DNA of 64,000 bases from Ostrea edulis (Eukaryota). This document shows positions 50,475-64,000 of this stretch, in pieces (position 1 is the stretch's first letter; the number at the start of each line of letters is the position of its first letter). Location: the NCBI RefSeq assembly GCF_947568905.1, contig NC_079167.1, positions 5,828,001 through 5,892,000 of the forward strand. Direction: 5' to 3'. Under the pieces are notes generated by a model. The model worked only from the letters and a program-made list of their open reading frames with translations. It searched no databases and had not been told where the DNA came from. A program made the translations under genes and the position numbers.

Positions 50475-51804
50475 AACTCTTGACGCCTACACGTTGCCTT
50501 AAATTTCACACGCTAGTTCCTCTGACAAATGATCGTTCTTAAAATGTTTTTAAAACAACAGCATCTGCATTAAAGTACATGGAATACGTTACTGATTTTT
50601 GCTTACATAGAGATTATTTGTAAAACCTACGAACTTAACAACTACACCCAGAATCTGGGACATCCTGCCTTGTCCTGTTGAGACATATTATAATGTGTAC
50701 ATTATGAGTAGTTTGACTTTATTTAACGGTAATGGTTCCTCTTTTTACTGTTATGATTGAATATGTTTTCTGTTTTCCATTCCATTTTATTTTCCGCACT
50801 GTTTTACGTCCTACAGTTTTAACAACACCCGTCTATACGTTCAAAGATAAAAATTAATATATAATTAACACAATTGCCACCTAAATATATTATCTTTGTT
50901 TTCATTTTGGTTTTCCTGTTCCATGTTTGTTTGTTTATTTGTTGTTGTTTTGGGGGGGGGGGGGGGGGTTTAGCAATAGCTTACTGTACCTAGGAATCGA
51001 ACGGGTTGTGGGCCAATGATCAGTGCAATACATCATGGAGATTTCACATGATCAGACTTTTGAATTCAGACTATGGATCATTCTGACAAAGTTGTCAGCA
51101 CCTTTTTTTCAAAATCACAAGCGTAACAATTAAGTGTTATTGTGGGAAACCTGTATATGCGAACAGACCTGATGACGCAGAACCAGGGGTTATCACTTAG
51201 GAGCTACACAGACGGACAATGCTCCGACTCAAGTATTGAAGGCAAGATTGAATGGAGTCGTTAACACACAAAGCTTAAGACTAGGTGTTCATTATCATGG
51301 ATGATTTGAGTGTTTTGGTGCTAAAGGTTTACGATAAAATAGAAACGGGTAAATTAAAAAAGTTTGAACTTGTTCACCACTTGCTAAGCGATTCATCAAG
51401 CTAGAGCAAGAAATATGGTTGTGGTCTTGTGCTGATTTATAATACCACTCATAACTTACGCTGGAAACTCTCATGGAGGTGAACCACGGTGAGAGGTTTT
51501 ACCTCTAACGATTCCTAAGCACGCCTGGTAAATATAACGCATTCCTGTCCTCTTGAAATTGAAGATGAATTTACACACTCCTGTGATTAATGGCTATCAT
51601 CTTCTGTGGATTAAATTGCGAGTCAATGAACAGCTATCATCTTCTGTGGATGAAATTGAGAGTCAATGAACACTACAAGTGATCTGTACATTTTCAATAT
51701 TGATTTAACCAAACCATTTGCACTCTTACATTTATCTTCAACTGGATTTTACTTGACAAGCACGTATCGGTAAAACTTGATTGCTAGGGCAGGTACCCGT
51801 GTCC

Positions 51805-52482
51805 ATGCCGAAGTATGATTTTGTCGGGGTGTCAGCCACCCAGCTCCCCTACATTCACGATAGCTTTCCCCCTGGATCTCGGATCAGCGCCGTAAAATAC
51901 AGTACAATGAGGAGTGTCCAACGGCCAAAAAACACGGTGTACAGGGCGCAACTAGAACCCAGCAGGGAAAACCTGGACCTCCGACTTCCACAGTTACAGA
52001 CACACAGACTGGGTGGAAGGAGGAAGATTGAACAATCAGTTCACGGCACAACAAATGTGGAAAGACAGAAAGCTTATTTTCGACTGAAGGGGATTCCACT
52101 TCACCAGGTGTACTCTTTGTACCGCGCTAAAACTGACCGCTTTGATAATAACCAGAAGACCCCAAAAGGACTAAAAAACCCAAGCATGTCTCTGACGAGT
52201 GTTTGGAAGGACTCGACGGATGTACAAAATGATCTGACAAATCTGGATATGACGGAGACGGTTTCCTCTCGAACTAGTGACTACAGTGAACATGGTACGC
52301 TTTCGCGCAGAAGTCGGTTGCAAGAAATGGACAGAGAATCCCCTGTCCCAGGTTTGCTGCCGGGGAGGAAATCACGGGCCAGAAGAAGCCGCAAGTTAGG
52401 AAACATTGTATCCTCCAAACGTCTGCAGCAACTGCTGGACAGTGAAGATCCATTAGACCCGGACGCCTTCTATCATCGATAG
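51805..52482 (+). CDS. Uncharacterised basic/Ser-rich protein, 225 aa (single or terminal exon)
   Basis: Longest non-repetitive ORF, locally GC-richer, ccATGc start, AATAAA at 52581-52586, no TE motif recognised. Confidence 0.55.
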   Translation: MPKYDFVGVSATQLPYIHDSFPPGSRISAVKYSTMRSVQRPKNTVYRAQLEPSRENLDLRLPQLQTHRLGGRRKIEQSVHGTTNVERQKAYFRLKGIPLHQVYSLYRAKTDRFDNNQKTPKGLKNPSMSLTSVWKDSTDVQNDLTNLDMTETVSSRTSDYSEHGTLSRRSRLQEMDRESPVPGLLPGRKSRARRSRKLGNIVSSKRLQQLLDSEDPLDPDAFYHR

Positions 52483-53459
52483 AGCGGTGTTTTTTTTGTT
52501 TTTTGTTTTATATAATCACACTTTATTAAGCTGAACATAGATTATGTTATTTAACAGTTTACGCGTCAGCACTCATCTTCAATAAATATCACTCAACGAA
52601 TAACGTGAAATCATTTTTAAATTTATGAATATTTTTTATGGATTTCGAGGATATTTTTTTTCCACCAGTACAAGAGGTAATACTTTATTGCTGAATTTAT
52701 TTACATATCTTTCATCAGAACGTTAACAAAGCCCACAATTTGTTCTATTTTCAATAGACTGTCAACGGCCTGGTGCATTGAGAGATCGTCTAATAATGAA
52801 AAACGATAATCGTTTAGCAAACATCATTTATTCATTTTAAATGCGTGTCGAAGTTGTGCAATGCCCGGTAGTTTTGTTACTGCACTTAGTGCAAGGACAT
52901 TTATTGTGAAAACTTTGAGGCTATTCCAACTTAAGACACCTACACAATGAACAGGCTATATCAGCTTTAGAGAAGTTTGATCCAGGTAAAATCAGACTCG
53001 AAATTTGACTTTTAAAAGCTTTGTTGAAGACTACCTGGGTTTACGATACCAATGCTTATGAAAATGATAGAAATTCAATCCTGATATGTATAATATTTAA
53101 TCAATAATGCAATTCAATCAAAATATTTTATCATTATACAAAATGCAAGAAATAATCCAACCATATTGGAAATTCATTGAAATCATTTAAACTTATATCT
53201 AAAGAATACAGTAAAATTTGTATGTGAGGATAAGGCATGTGCTTAAATGCCGTACAGAAAGTGGAGAGTTGAGTTGAGTGGGGTCTAATGTTAAATAATT
53301 GAAATCTACGCCGATTTATATTACAGGAAGAGGGATGCCAAACATTGTTCTAATGTTATTGATTTCTTATCATCTGCTAGGCTAAGGGTTCAGAATATAT
53401 TCATCCGTACCAAAATTTCGTAAAAACTGGAACATGCATGCAAGTAAACTGTGTCGTTA

Positions 53460-54565
53460 TTTTGGGTTTGGTGTAAAAGCCTGCAAAAATGGAGAGAGGG
53501 TGGAGCCTCTTGTCATTAGAGGCTGTCAAGGGTGGAACTTCTAAAGTGAATTTCAACACAAAGCTTATTCTATCTGTCATTTCAATTTCCGGCATCAAAT
53601 TAGACTAGCAACAAATTACAAATGTATGTACATACATTTGTAGTTAATTTCATTTATATGAATCAAAATTTACCTTTGACTGCATATGCATAGGGCTTCT
53701 ATAAGAAAGTCTTCGATGATATGATAGTAATATAAAACATGTTGTCCTTGCTAAACAGGACTCATATATTGTGATCAACAGAAATATTTTTTGCAAAGTG
53801 GAATTGTAAATTAAAGGTAAGGGGAGTTATACCGGGAAAGAGAAATGGTAAAATACAAATTAATGACCCATATGTGTCATCAGAGGGATATTATTTGAGA
53901 TAACACAGTGTTGAGTTAAACAGTATCTGAGTACGTCAGATAACGTGCGACATGTGAAGTCCTATTTATAATCATTTATAATCATATACATTGTACCAAA
54001 AATTCAGTGGAAAATGTAAGAGGTCAGAAAAGGTATTTTTCTCCCCCTTTTATAGAGAGGGGTTTGGATGAGGGAATCTATTTCAATATTACGGTATACA
54101 TAATAATTTCAATATATGTCAATTTAATAAGAATTACAAAATGTTGCAAAGGAACCATTTTCTTGGTGCTAATTATTTGTTATTTTCATTTCCTTTAGAA
54201 ACTATATATTGAGATGAAAATACATGCCCTACACAACCCATTATAATTAAGTTTACAATTTCAGCAACAATGCTTGTCAGATAGTGAAAGGTCATAAATC
54301 TATTGTAGATCAGTCTGTTATCTGAAAACAAATTCTGCTTTTAGTTTATAGCGAGCTTCAAGGGACTTCACTATGTTTTGTATGGATAACTTTATACTTT
54401 AGCCACAAACATTCCAGACAGCAAAGAAGTTATAAACTAAAAAGTCAGAATAAGCAATATGCTGAAATTCACTCCAAAAGCTGCACCTCTGACAACCTCT
54501 TATGACAAGAGGATGCATCCTCTCCCCATTTTGGAGGCTCCAGAGTCAGCATTTTACACCAAACC
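53460..54565. mobile_element. Old fold-back element with about 120-bp diverged inverted arms
   Basis: 53460-53580 is an inverted, clearly diverged copy of 54440-54565. Confidence 0.45.
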
Positions 54566-55436
54566 GGTTCTTTAGTTCATTCACTCTGGATGGCTGTTGT
54601 ATTTTGCATCCTCTCTATCAGCTGAGGTGAAATGTCAAATGGCGCAATGATTGATGCTGATATACTCCACTGTCAAGTTCAGACCTTGTTTGGTTTATGT
54701 GGGGGATCAAAATGGCTAGAAAGACACGTGCTAACTTTGTATCAATTATAGTTCTGTCCCTATGCTTCTTAAATTGTCAAGAGTTTATATACTTATATCT
54801 TCATTGAGTAATTGGTACATTATTTTATTACGGTAATCTTTAAACGGAATTACTGTGTGTTTATGTTTACTCCACTCTTTGGCCAGTAAGCCAGAGTAAG
54901 CTATACCATACTTAACGACACTTGCTACAAGCAACTTTTTAAAAAAAAAATATAATGAAATTGCAAATGATTTCGAACAATTTGCAGTTTTGCCTTAACA
55001 GCCAGAGTTTGATAAGGATCCACATATAATTTTATAACATAATGAATATGACTGGTGCAACTCACTACCCAATTAAATTAGCACCATTATTATAAATCGT
55101 CAAACACCTGTGTTAATGTGGTTTGGATAAAAATAGAAATAATAAGACATTTGTATCTTTATAAAGACTTGTTATTAGCATAATGAATTAATATTGATAA
55201 AAATTAGTAATTGAGTCTCTAAATCGTTATAGATCCTTTAATCCTTTTGGGGTAATTAGTTACACCGGTGAAAATGGCTGTGATAAGTGAAAGTGCAGAC
55301 GGTTTTACAATTTTTAATCACTTGGAGCTATTACGAACTTCAGATTATGAATTGGGGTAAGAAATTCAACTTAGACATGATATCTAACGCGGCACATTCT
55401 ACGTCATAACGCGGCACATTCTACGTCATAGCTGTT

Positions 55437-55658
55437 TACTGAGGAATCACCATTGTTCGCGGGGGACTGATGTTCGTGGATTTCGTGGGTCACTCTTACC
55501 CTCTAATTCATGTGTTCTCAAACATTTTTTTAACCAAGTAGAGTTATCTCTCCTAGTGACATCGTGTCACTTACCCACGAAATGACGTCCCCACGAACCA
55601 GCAAAATTTTGTTTACTAACGAACATTGGCCCCCACGAATTAAGATGATTCCACGGTA
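55437..55658. mobile_element. Tc1/mariner-type MITE
   Basis: tactgaggaatca / tgattccacggta termini with TA ends. Confidence 0.6.
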
Positions 55659-56467
55659 ATCGTATAGTGCCAGGGCCCAGCTAAAAGTCGACCAAAATAT
55701 ACTAGGCATTTTTCCGAATTCATTTCTGCATATATTGGGAAGTATATGGAATTTCGGGTTGAACTTTGGTAGTAATGTAGATTGATTATGTATGAATGCA
55801 TTAGAATACAGAGTAGAATTTTATACCATTTGGTTTATTTTTTTTTACATTGGCAAATTTGGGTATCGTATATTTACAATTCTATACCTTTACTCTTACA
55901 TAGTAAATTCGAACCCAAGCGATATAATTGTCTGTGGGACAAACTGAAAACTATTGAATATATATGCATTATAGAGATCGAATAACGTTGGTTCTTTGTC
56001 CGTTCAAAAAAATGAAAACACTTCAAAAATTCTCTGATTATATATTTTAAATGAGGTTTTGTAATGAATATAAAAACAACTTTGACATTCAATTAAGTTA
56101 CCATGTCTATATCTCCAATATGAAGTAAGAGACATGGTGACAAGTAGCTATGAGGCCTTTATCTGCCTTTATTGCACAACATGGAATGATAAAGTCTTGT
56201 ATTGTCTGTGGAATCCTGGTATGAAATTGGTGGTTTTTGGCACATCGGATGATTCGGAATATCAAACGATTTGGAACCTCCTGGTGTATTTATCGTACAT
56301 TTAGAACTTTCTGGTATCAACGTATTCTTCACATGGAATGCAAAATTTTCTGCATCATAACAAAATCCTATGAGGAAAAAGAAAAAATCGTTTGGAGACT
56401 TAGTCTTCTCTGCATGTACGACATTTCAAATATTACACAGATTAAAAACACTCTTCTCTATAGTTAT

Positions 56468-56692
56468 CAGGGGCGCGTTTTACAAAAGAACTTACGACTT
56501 ACGACAAACTTTACATAATGGAATTTTCAACGTTTTGAAAATATTTCACTCCGAATGCAAACTATTTTTTAAAGAAAATATTAAGAATTTAGCGTCAGAA
56601 AAGTTTCAATTCATTCATTTAAAGTAATAACTGTATAATAAAATTTAAGACTTACGACTTTGTCGTAAGTTGTTTTGTAAAACGGGCCCCTG
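56468..56692. mobile_element. PIF/Harbinger-like MITE
   Basis: About 31-bp TIR caggggcgcgttttacaaaagaacttacgac / gtcgtaagttgttttgtaaaacgggcccctg. Confidence 0.7.
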
Positions 56693-56719
56693 ATCTACAA
56701 CTGCAGATATGTTGTTTTT

Positions 56720-57200
56720 TATGTCTCATTCGAGAATTTTTCATTCATGGCGAGACATCACCAACCTTGGGTGAAGTGCCACAAATTTTGACCTATGTAT
56801 GGCGCTTACGACCGTAGCAGTCAACGCCTAACGTGACACGGGACCTCCTAACGTGACACAGGACCCCCTAACGTGACACAGGAACTCCTAACGTGACACA
56901 GGACCTCCTAACGTGACACAGGAACTCCTAACGTGACACGGGAGCTCCTAACGTGACACGGGAACTCCTAACGTGACACGGGAACTCCTAACGTGACACA
57001 GGAACTCCTAACGTGACACAGGAACTCCTAACGTGACACAGGAACTCCTAACGTGACACAGGAACTCCTAACGTGACACGGGAGCTCCTAACGTGACACA
57101 GGACCTCCTAACGTGACACGGGAACTCCTAACGTGACACGGGACCTCCTAACGTGACACGGGACCTCCATTTCAAGGTCATATCCGAAAAACCCGTGACT
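56720..57200 (-). mobile_element. Oyster SINE-like element with an internal 20-bp array (17 copies, 56827-57168)
   Basis: tcgagaattttt..catcacc..ggtgaag..gacctatg..ggcgcttacg and gtgacacgggacctc segments resemble the common oyster SINE (recalled); array unit taacgtgacac(a/g)gga(a/c)ctcc. Confidence 0.6.
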
Positions 57201-57780
57201 TCCACAGGACCCAGTTGCACAAAGGTTAATTAACTTTATCAGACGGTTAACTTGAACATTTATATAGCGTTAACTTGAAGTTAACTGTCAGTTAAATTTA
57301 ACTAACATTTGGGCAACTAGCCCAAGGTCTAATAGACCGGTTGCATGGTGAAGGAACAGTCACTATCTATGTTAAACGTAAATGATACCGGATTATAGAA
57401 GCTGAATTGGCCTAGTCACATAATAGGTTGAAGTGCTCAGGAAATATGACCGATTGAGGTTTCCTGTTTATAAACTATATGTATATGATACCATCGAAGG
57501 AGAATTTTAAAATTGAAAGAGCTTACGGACATACGCAATGTTTATCAATAATATAAATTTTTGGTGACATTTCATGTACAATTCACTTGCATCCATCTCA
57601 TTTCTACTAAAAAAATCTTCGGGTATATTACCATGTCTGTTTTATAATTAGCATACTTTTCTCGTTCCTGGTTGCTGCAAGTCATTTTTATGTATTACAG
57701 CGAGTTGTATAAATACTGTAGCAAAAAAGGTATGTATTACAGCGAATTGTATTAATACTGTAGCAAAGAATGAGGGGGAA

Positions 57781-57856
57781 TCTTTGGATCAACGGGATAT
57801 TGAACTCGGGATCCTTGCAATACTCGTTATGTGATCTAACCACTAATCTACCCAGG

Positions 57857-57918
<62 letters not shown>
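57781..57918 (-). mobile_element. Degenerate tRNA-like head adjacent to a (TA)n microsatellite (57859-57918)
   Basis: The minus strand reads cctgggtagattagtggttag..gatcccgagttcaatatccc. Confidence 0.55.
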
Positions 57919-57923
<5 letters not shown>

Positions 57924-58189
57924 GTACACGAAAAGTACGGTATTATTACTACAATATGAAATTTCAATCCATGGAAACCATACAAAGATTCTTCATAGGA
58001 GGAGATAATTGGCAATCACTTGAATTTAGACGCAACCTTTCTACAGTAACCATGCTTTATAAAATGTGCATATCTTAATCTCGCATGAGATTCGGCTCGG
58101 CTGAATATTTGGACTGGCTCCTTCACAGCGAAGGTGCCAATCCAAATATCCAAATGAGCGGAATCTCAGTCAAAATTAGCGCATATCTC

Positions 58190-61100
58190 ACCATCGCATT
58201 CACTCCTACACCCCCCCCGCAGCATAAACACTCACCATCACACCCGCAACACAAACACTCACCATCACACGGTCACCTACACACACACCCGTAACACAAA
58301 CACTCACCATCACGGCTACACACACACACACCCGCAATACAAACACTCACCATCACACGGTCACCTACACACATACACCCGTAACACAAACACTCACCAT
58401 CACGCCTACACACACACACACCCGCAATACAAACACTCACCATCACCCCTACACATACACACCCGCAATACAAACACTCACCATCACCCCTACACACACA
58501 CCCGCAATACAAACACTCACCATCACCCCTACACACACACACAGCACAGACACTCACCATCACCCCTACACATACACACCCGCAACACAAACACTCACCG
58601 TCACCCTTACACACACACACCCGCAACACAATCACTCACCATCACCCCTACACACACACACCCGCAACACAAACACTCACCATCACCCCTACACACACAC
58701 ACACCCGCAATACAAACATTCACCATCAATCCCACACACAACCGCAACACAAACACTCACCGTCACCCCTACACACACACACCCGCAACACAATCACTCA
58801 CCATCACCCCTACACACACACACCCGCAACACAAACATTCACCATCACCCCTACACACACACACCCGCAACACAAACATTCACCATCACCCCTACACACA
58901 CACAGCACAAACACTCACCATCACCCCTACACATACACACCCGCAACACAAACACTCACCATCACCCCTACACATACACACCCGCAACACAAACACTCAC
59001 CGTCACCCCTACACACACACACCCGCAACACAAACATTCACCATCACCCCTACACACACACAGCACAAACACTCACCGTCACCCCTACACACACACCCGC
59101 AACACAAACACTCACCATCACTCCTACAAACACCCGCAACACAAACACTCACCGTCACCCCTACACATACACACCCGCAACACAAACACTCACCGTCACC
59201 CTTACACACACACACCCGCAACACAATCACTCACCATCACCCCTACACACACACACCCGCAACACAAACACTCACCATCACCCCTACACACACACACACC
59301 CGCAATACAAACATTCACCATCAATCCCACACACAACCGCAACACAAACACTCACCGTCACCCCTACACACACACACCCGCAACACAATCACTCACCATC
59401 ACCCCTACACACACACACCCGCAACACAAACATTCACCATCACCCCTACACACACACACCCGCAACACAAACATTCACCATCACCCCTACACACACACAG
59501 CACAAACACTCACCATCACCCCTACACATACACACCCGCAACACAAACACTCACCATCACCCCTACACATACACACCCGCAACACAAACACTCACCGTCA
59601 CCCCTACACACACACACCCGCAACACAAACATTCACCATCACCCCTACACACACACAGCACAAACACTCACCGTCACCCCTACACACACACCCGCAACAC
59701 AAACACTCACCATCACTCCTACAAACACCCGCAACACAAACACTCACCGTCACCCCTACACATACACACCCGCAACACAAACACTCACTGTCACCCCTAC
59801 ACACACACACCCGCAACACAAACACTCACCATCACTCCTATAAACACACCCGCAACACAAACGCTCACCGTCACCCCTACACACACACACCCGCAACACA
59901 AACACTCACCGTCACCCCTACACACACACACACACACGCAACACAAACACTCACTGTCACCCCTACACATACACACCCGCAACACAAACACTCACCATCA
60001 CTCCTACACACACCCATAGCATAAACACTCACCGTCACCCCTACACACACACACCCGCAACACAAACACTCACCATCACGCCTACACACACACACACCCG
60101 CAATACAAACACTCACCATCACACGGTCACCTACACACACACACCCGCAACACAAACACTCACCGTCACCCCTACACACACACACACACGCAACACAAAC
60201 ACTCACCGTCACCCCTACACATACACACCCGCAACACAAACACTCACCATCACCCCTACACACACACACCCGCAACACAAACATTCACCATCACCCCTAC
60301 ACACACACACCCGCAACACAAACACTCACCATAACCCCTACACACACACACCCGCAACACAAACACTCACCATAACCCCTACACAAACACACCCGCAACA
60401 CAAACACTCACCGTCAAACCTACACACACACACCCGCAACACAAACATTCAACGTCACCCCTACACACACACACCCGCAACACAAACATTCACCATCACC
60501 CCTACACACACACCACAAACACTCACCATCACTCCTACACACACACACCCACAACACAAACACTCACTGTCACCCCTACACACACACACCCGCAACACAA
60601 ACATTCACCATCACCCCTACACACACACACACCTGCAACACAAACACTCACCATCACCCCTACACACACACACCCGCAACACAAACATTCACCATCACCC
60701 CTACACACACACACCCGCAACACAAACACTCATCATCACCCCTACACACACAACCGCAACACACTCACCATCACCCCTACACACACACACACACACAACC
60801 GCAACACAAACACTCATCATCAATCCTACACACACACACACACAACCGCAACACAAACACTCATCATCAATCCTACACACACCCGCAACACAAACACTCA
60901 CCATCACCCCTACACACACACACACACAACCGCAACACAAACACTCATCATCAATCCTACACACACCCGCAACACAAACACTCACCATCACCCCTACACA
61001 CACACACCCGCAACACAAACACTCACCGTCACCCCTACACACACACACCCGCAACACAAACACTCACCGTCACCCCTACACACACACACCCGCAACACAA

Positions 61101-61945
61101 ACACTCACCGTCACCCCTACACACACACACATGCAACACAAACACTCACCATCACCCCTACACACACACACCCGCAACACAAACACTCACCATCACTCCT
61201 ACACACACACCCGCAACACAAACACTCACCATCACTCCTACACACCCACACCCGCAACACAAACACTCACCATCACTCCTACACACACACACCCGCAACA
61301 CAAACACTCACCGTCAAACCTACACATACACACCCGCAGCACAAACACTCACCGTCACCCCTACACATACACACCCGCAACACAAACATTCTACATTACT
61401 CCTACACACACACACAGCACAAACACTCACCGTCACCCCTACACACACACACCCGCAACACAAACACTCACCATCACCCCTACACACACACACACTTGCA
61501 ACACAAACACTCACCGTCACCCCTACACACACACACCCGCAACACAAAGACTCACCATCACCCCTACACACACACCCGCAACACAAACACTCACCATCAC
61601 CCCTACACACACACACACACCCGCAACACAAACACTCACCGTCACCCCTACACACACACGCAACACAAACATTCACCATCACCCCTACACACACACACCC
61701 GCAACACAAACACTCACCATCACCCCTACACACACACACCCGCAACACAAACACTCACCGTCACCCCTACACACACACACAGCACAAACACTCACCGTCA
61801 CCCCTACACACACACCCTCAACACAAACATTCTACATTACTCCTACACACACACCCACAGCACAAACACTCGCCGTCACCCACCCACCCACTAACCCCCC
61901 CCCCCCCCCCACACACACACACACACACACGCAGCACAAACACTC
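58190..61945. repeat. CA-rich minisatellite of about 40 bp, 3.7 kb, with a 595-bp higher-order duplication
   Basis: Unit cacccgcaacacaaacactcacc(a/g)tcacccctacacacaca; variants recur at a 595-bp offset (58621 / 59216). Confidence 0.95.
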
Positions 61946-62130
61946 ACTAGTACCAAACTTTCACAACTAGAACAGACTAATATGAATAAAGCTTCTTCCC
62001 TTTTTTTTTTTTATTTTTAATTTTATTACTTGTATTTTGTTTTTAAGAATTCTGTCGTTAATGCAAACTCTCTGGAACAGTTCAAAACTCTTATCCAGAA
62101 CTCTTTTTTATCGCAGATTAGACGGATGTA

Positions 62131-63423
62131 CAGGGCTGTTCGATATGTAATATGTATTGTACTACAGCGCGATAACGCTTTGCACGATTTCGTGGATGAT
62201 GATACTCTTGAATAGCTCTATTCAATACCTTTCCAACGGTATAAACACGAGCCTTCAGCTCCATATAGTTTTAAACTTATAGTCATTTCAATAGAGCCAG
62301 TCGTTGACCACTGTTGTAAAAATGGTTGGGAAACGGGTTGAGAATATTGAAGAAAATAGAGCTTATATAAAAGTTCGCACAAAACTCGGTCATTCGGTAA
62401 TGCAGATTTTTACTAAATTGGGGGAAGTTTATGGATCTGATAAGGTATCTTATGAGACAGTTTGTAGGTGGAAAAAGAAATTTCTGACTGGCACAGAGTC
62501 CGTCAAAGATGCAGCATGTCTCAAAAGTCAGGAAAATAGTTGAAAGTGATGGCAGATACACGATTCGTGATATTGCCAAAGCTGTTGGCATATCGCTATC
62601 GCGGATGCATTTCATTTTGAAGCGTATTTTGAACGAAAGATTTCTGCCAGATGGACACAGCATATATTGACAGGTACGAGTACAAACCGCTAAGCAATTG
62701 CTCAGAATGTTTCCCAAATCCAATCAAAGACAATTTGCAAACATTGTTACCGGTGACGAAACATGGGTTCACTATTTCGAACCAGTAAGAAAAATTGTAG
62801 AATATGGAAACAAAATATGGCTAACTAAACACGGTAGAAGGCCTGTAGTTGCCAAAAGAACCATAAACACAAAGAAGGCTCTTTATTGCATATTCTTCTC
62901 ATTGATGGTATAGCCGTACAAATTCCGGTGCCGAAGGACAAAGTATTACAGGTCAGTATTACCGAGATGGTATACTAAAAAAGCTCAAAAAATATTATCA
63001 TAAACGACGACGCCCTGAGTCAGGATTTAGGCATGTTCGTCTACTTCATCATAATGCTCCATCGCATACATCTGAGCTTGTGAAGCAATTTTTGAAGTCG
63101 GAGAAATTTACCGTCTTGCCACACCCACCATACTCTCCATATCTAGCCCCGTGCAACTTTTTCCTTTTTTCCAAAACTTAAAAAGTTCTTATCTGGTCGT
63201 TGTTACAAGTCCCGACAAGCCCTTGGCTCAGCCATCAGTCAGTGCCTCAGAGGTCTATCTAAATCAGCATACCGTGACGCATTTCAGAAATGGATTCAGA
63301 GATTGAAATTATGTGTTTCAAACCGCGGAGAATACTCTAAAGGGATGTAATGTTCATTTTACTATTTGAGTCGAATGCTTTTGAGATATGGTACAATACA
63401 CATTACATATCGAACAGCCCTCG
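62131..63423 (+). mobile_element. Mariner (DD34D) element with a dead transposase (62322-63350)
   Basis: About 32-bp TIR c(g)agggctgttcgatatgtaat(a/g)tgtattgtac, TA on both flanks; IVTGDETWVHYFEP, LHHNAPSH, HPPYSPYLAPCNF; frameshifts and an internal deletion. Confidence 0.93.
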
Positions 63424-64000
63424 TATTTAGTTATTTTATCCTATTAGTTGAGCATTTTATACTTTTTCTCGTTTTTGTACCCTGATCTGTAAATAATGAA
63501 CAATCTGTTCATGTCGTTGAGTAGTCATCAATATGGTTGATGGCTCTACCACAAATCAGCATAAGTTTTCGGAGTGAAAGTAGTTCCCTACCTGTGGCAC
63601 AGCGAAGAGCAGTGATTGGGCAATATAAAACTGTCGTTCTACTTTGTCATGTTTCCAGAGGTGAACTACATTGCCTGACAAAAATGCAAGAACCATTAAC
63701 GTTTCATGTAGTGTATTTTGGTGGCGAACTGATCAAATTCTATTCTACTCTGTGCGTCAACTCGTTGTGTACCTGAAGTAGTTTTTTCGTAATTTCCATG
63801 AACGTCTCCAACAAAGAAATCTCCCTGTGAAGTGGTGATCTGGTCATATTTATGAATATTCAAAAACAAATCGCATGTGACGGGACAGAAAATGGCGGTA
63901 CCACTGTCTTTCCAATCCGTTGTAGAGTAAACCCTGCTGTTCCGACTTATCGGAATTAAATGTTTCCCTAAACAATTTTCGTTTTAAAAAAAAAAAAGGC

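Noticed and set aside
58273-61970. Metallothionein/keratin-associated-like (CVC)n and mucin-like (HT)n ORFs up to 279 aa
   Set aside because: Arise from a CA-rich minisatellite that cannot encode many stops; frames switch with (CA)n length.
63776-63895. Possible first coding exon on the minus strand (MTRSPLHREISLLETFMEITKKLLQ|gt) and an aaaATGGCG motif on the plus strand
   Set aside because: Too short, no linked downstream exon identified, and at the window edge.

Overview
Eukaryotic, AT-rich, repeat-dense DNA. The Cg170/HindIII-type satellite and Helentron-associated (pearl/HINE) elements point to an oyster-like bivalve (inference). The only well-supported host gene is a complete, catalytically intact ornithine decarboxylase (ODC) on the minus strand: 10 coding exons, 14957-32111, 467 aa, one GC-AG intron. 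The main hidden signal lies upstream of it and is absent from the ORF track. It is a spliced, AUU-initiated 50-codon upstream ORF (39242-39192 + 36181-36080) ending FDFNAEPPWDPS*. This matches the polyamine-sensing uCC ribosome-stalling element known from vertebrate antizyme inhibitor (AZIN1) and some invertebrate ODC leaders. The rest is transposon debris and repeats: an internally deleted Polinton/Maverick polB, Tc1 and mariner pseudogenes, a Gypsy pol remnant ending in a PHD finger, a Penelope-like fragment, many hAT/Kolobok/MITE elements (several nested), tRNA-derived SINE-like heads and several minisatellites (two with higher-order periodicity). There is also a minimal type-I hammerhead ribozyme (43854-43894), one orphan 225-aa ORF (51805-52482) and a 148-N assembly gap. 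Family assignments come from recalled motifs, not from database searches.
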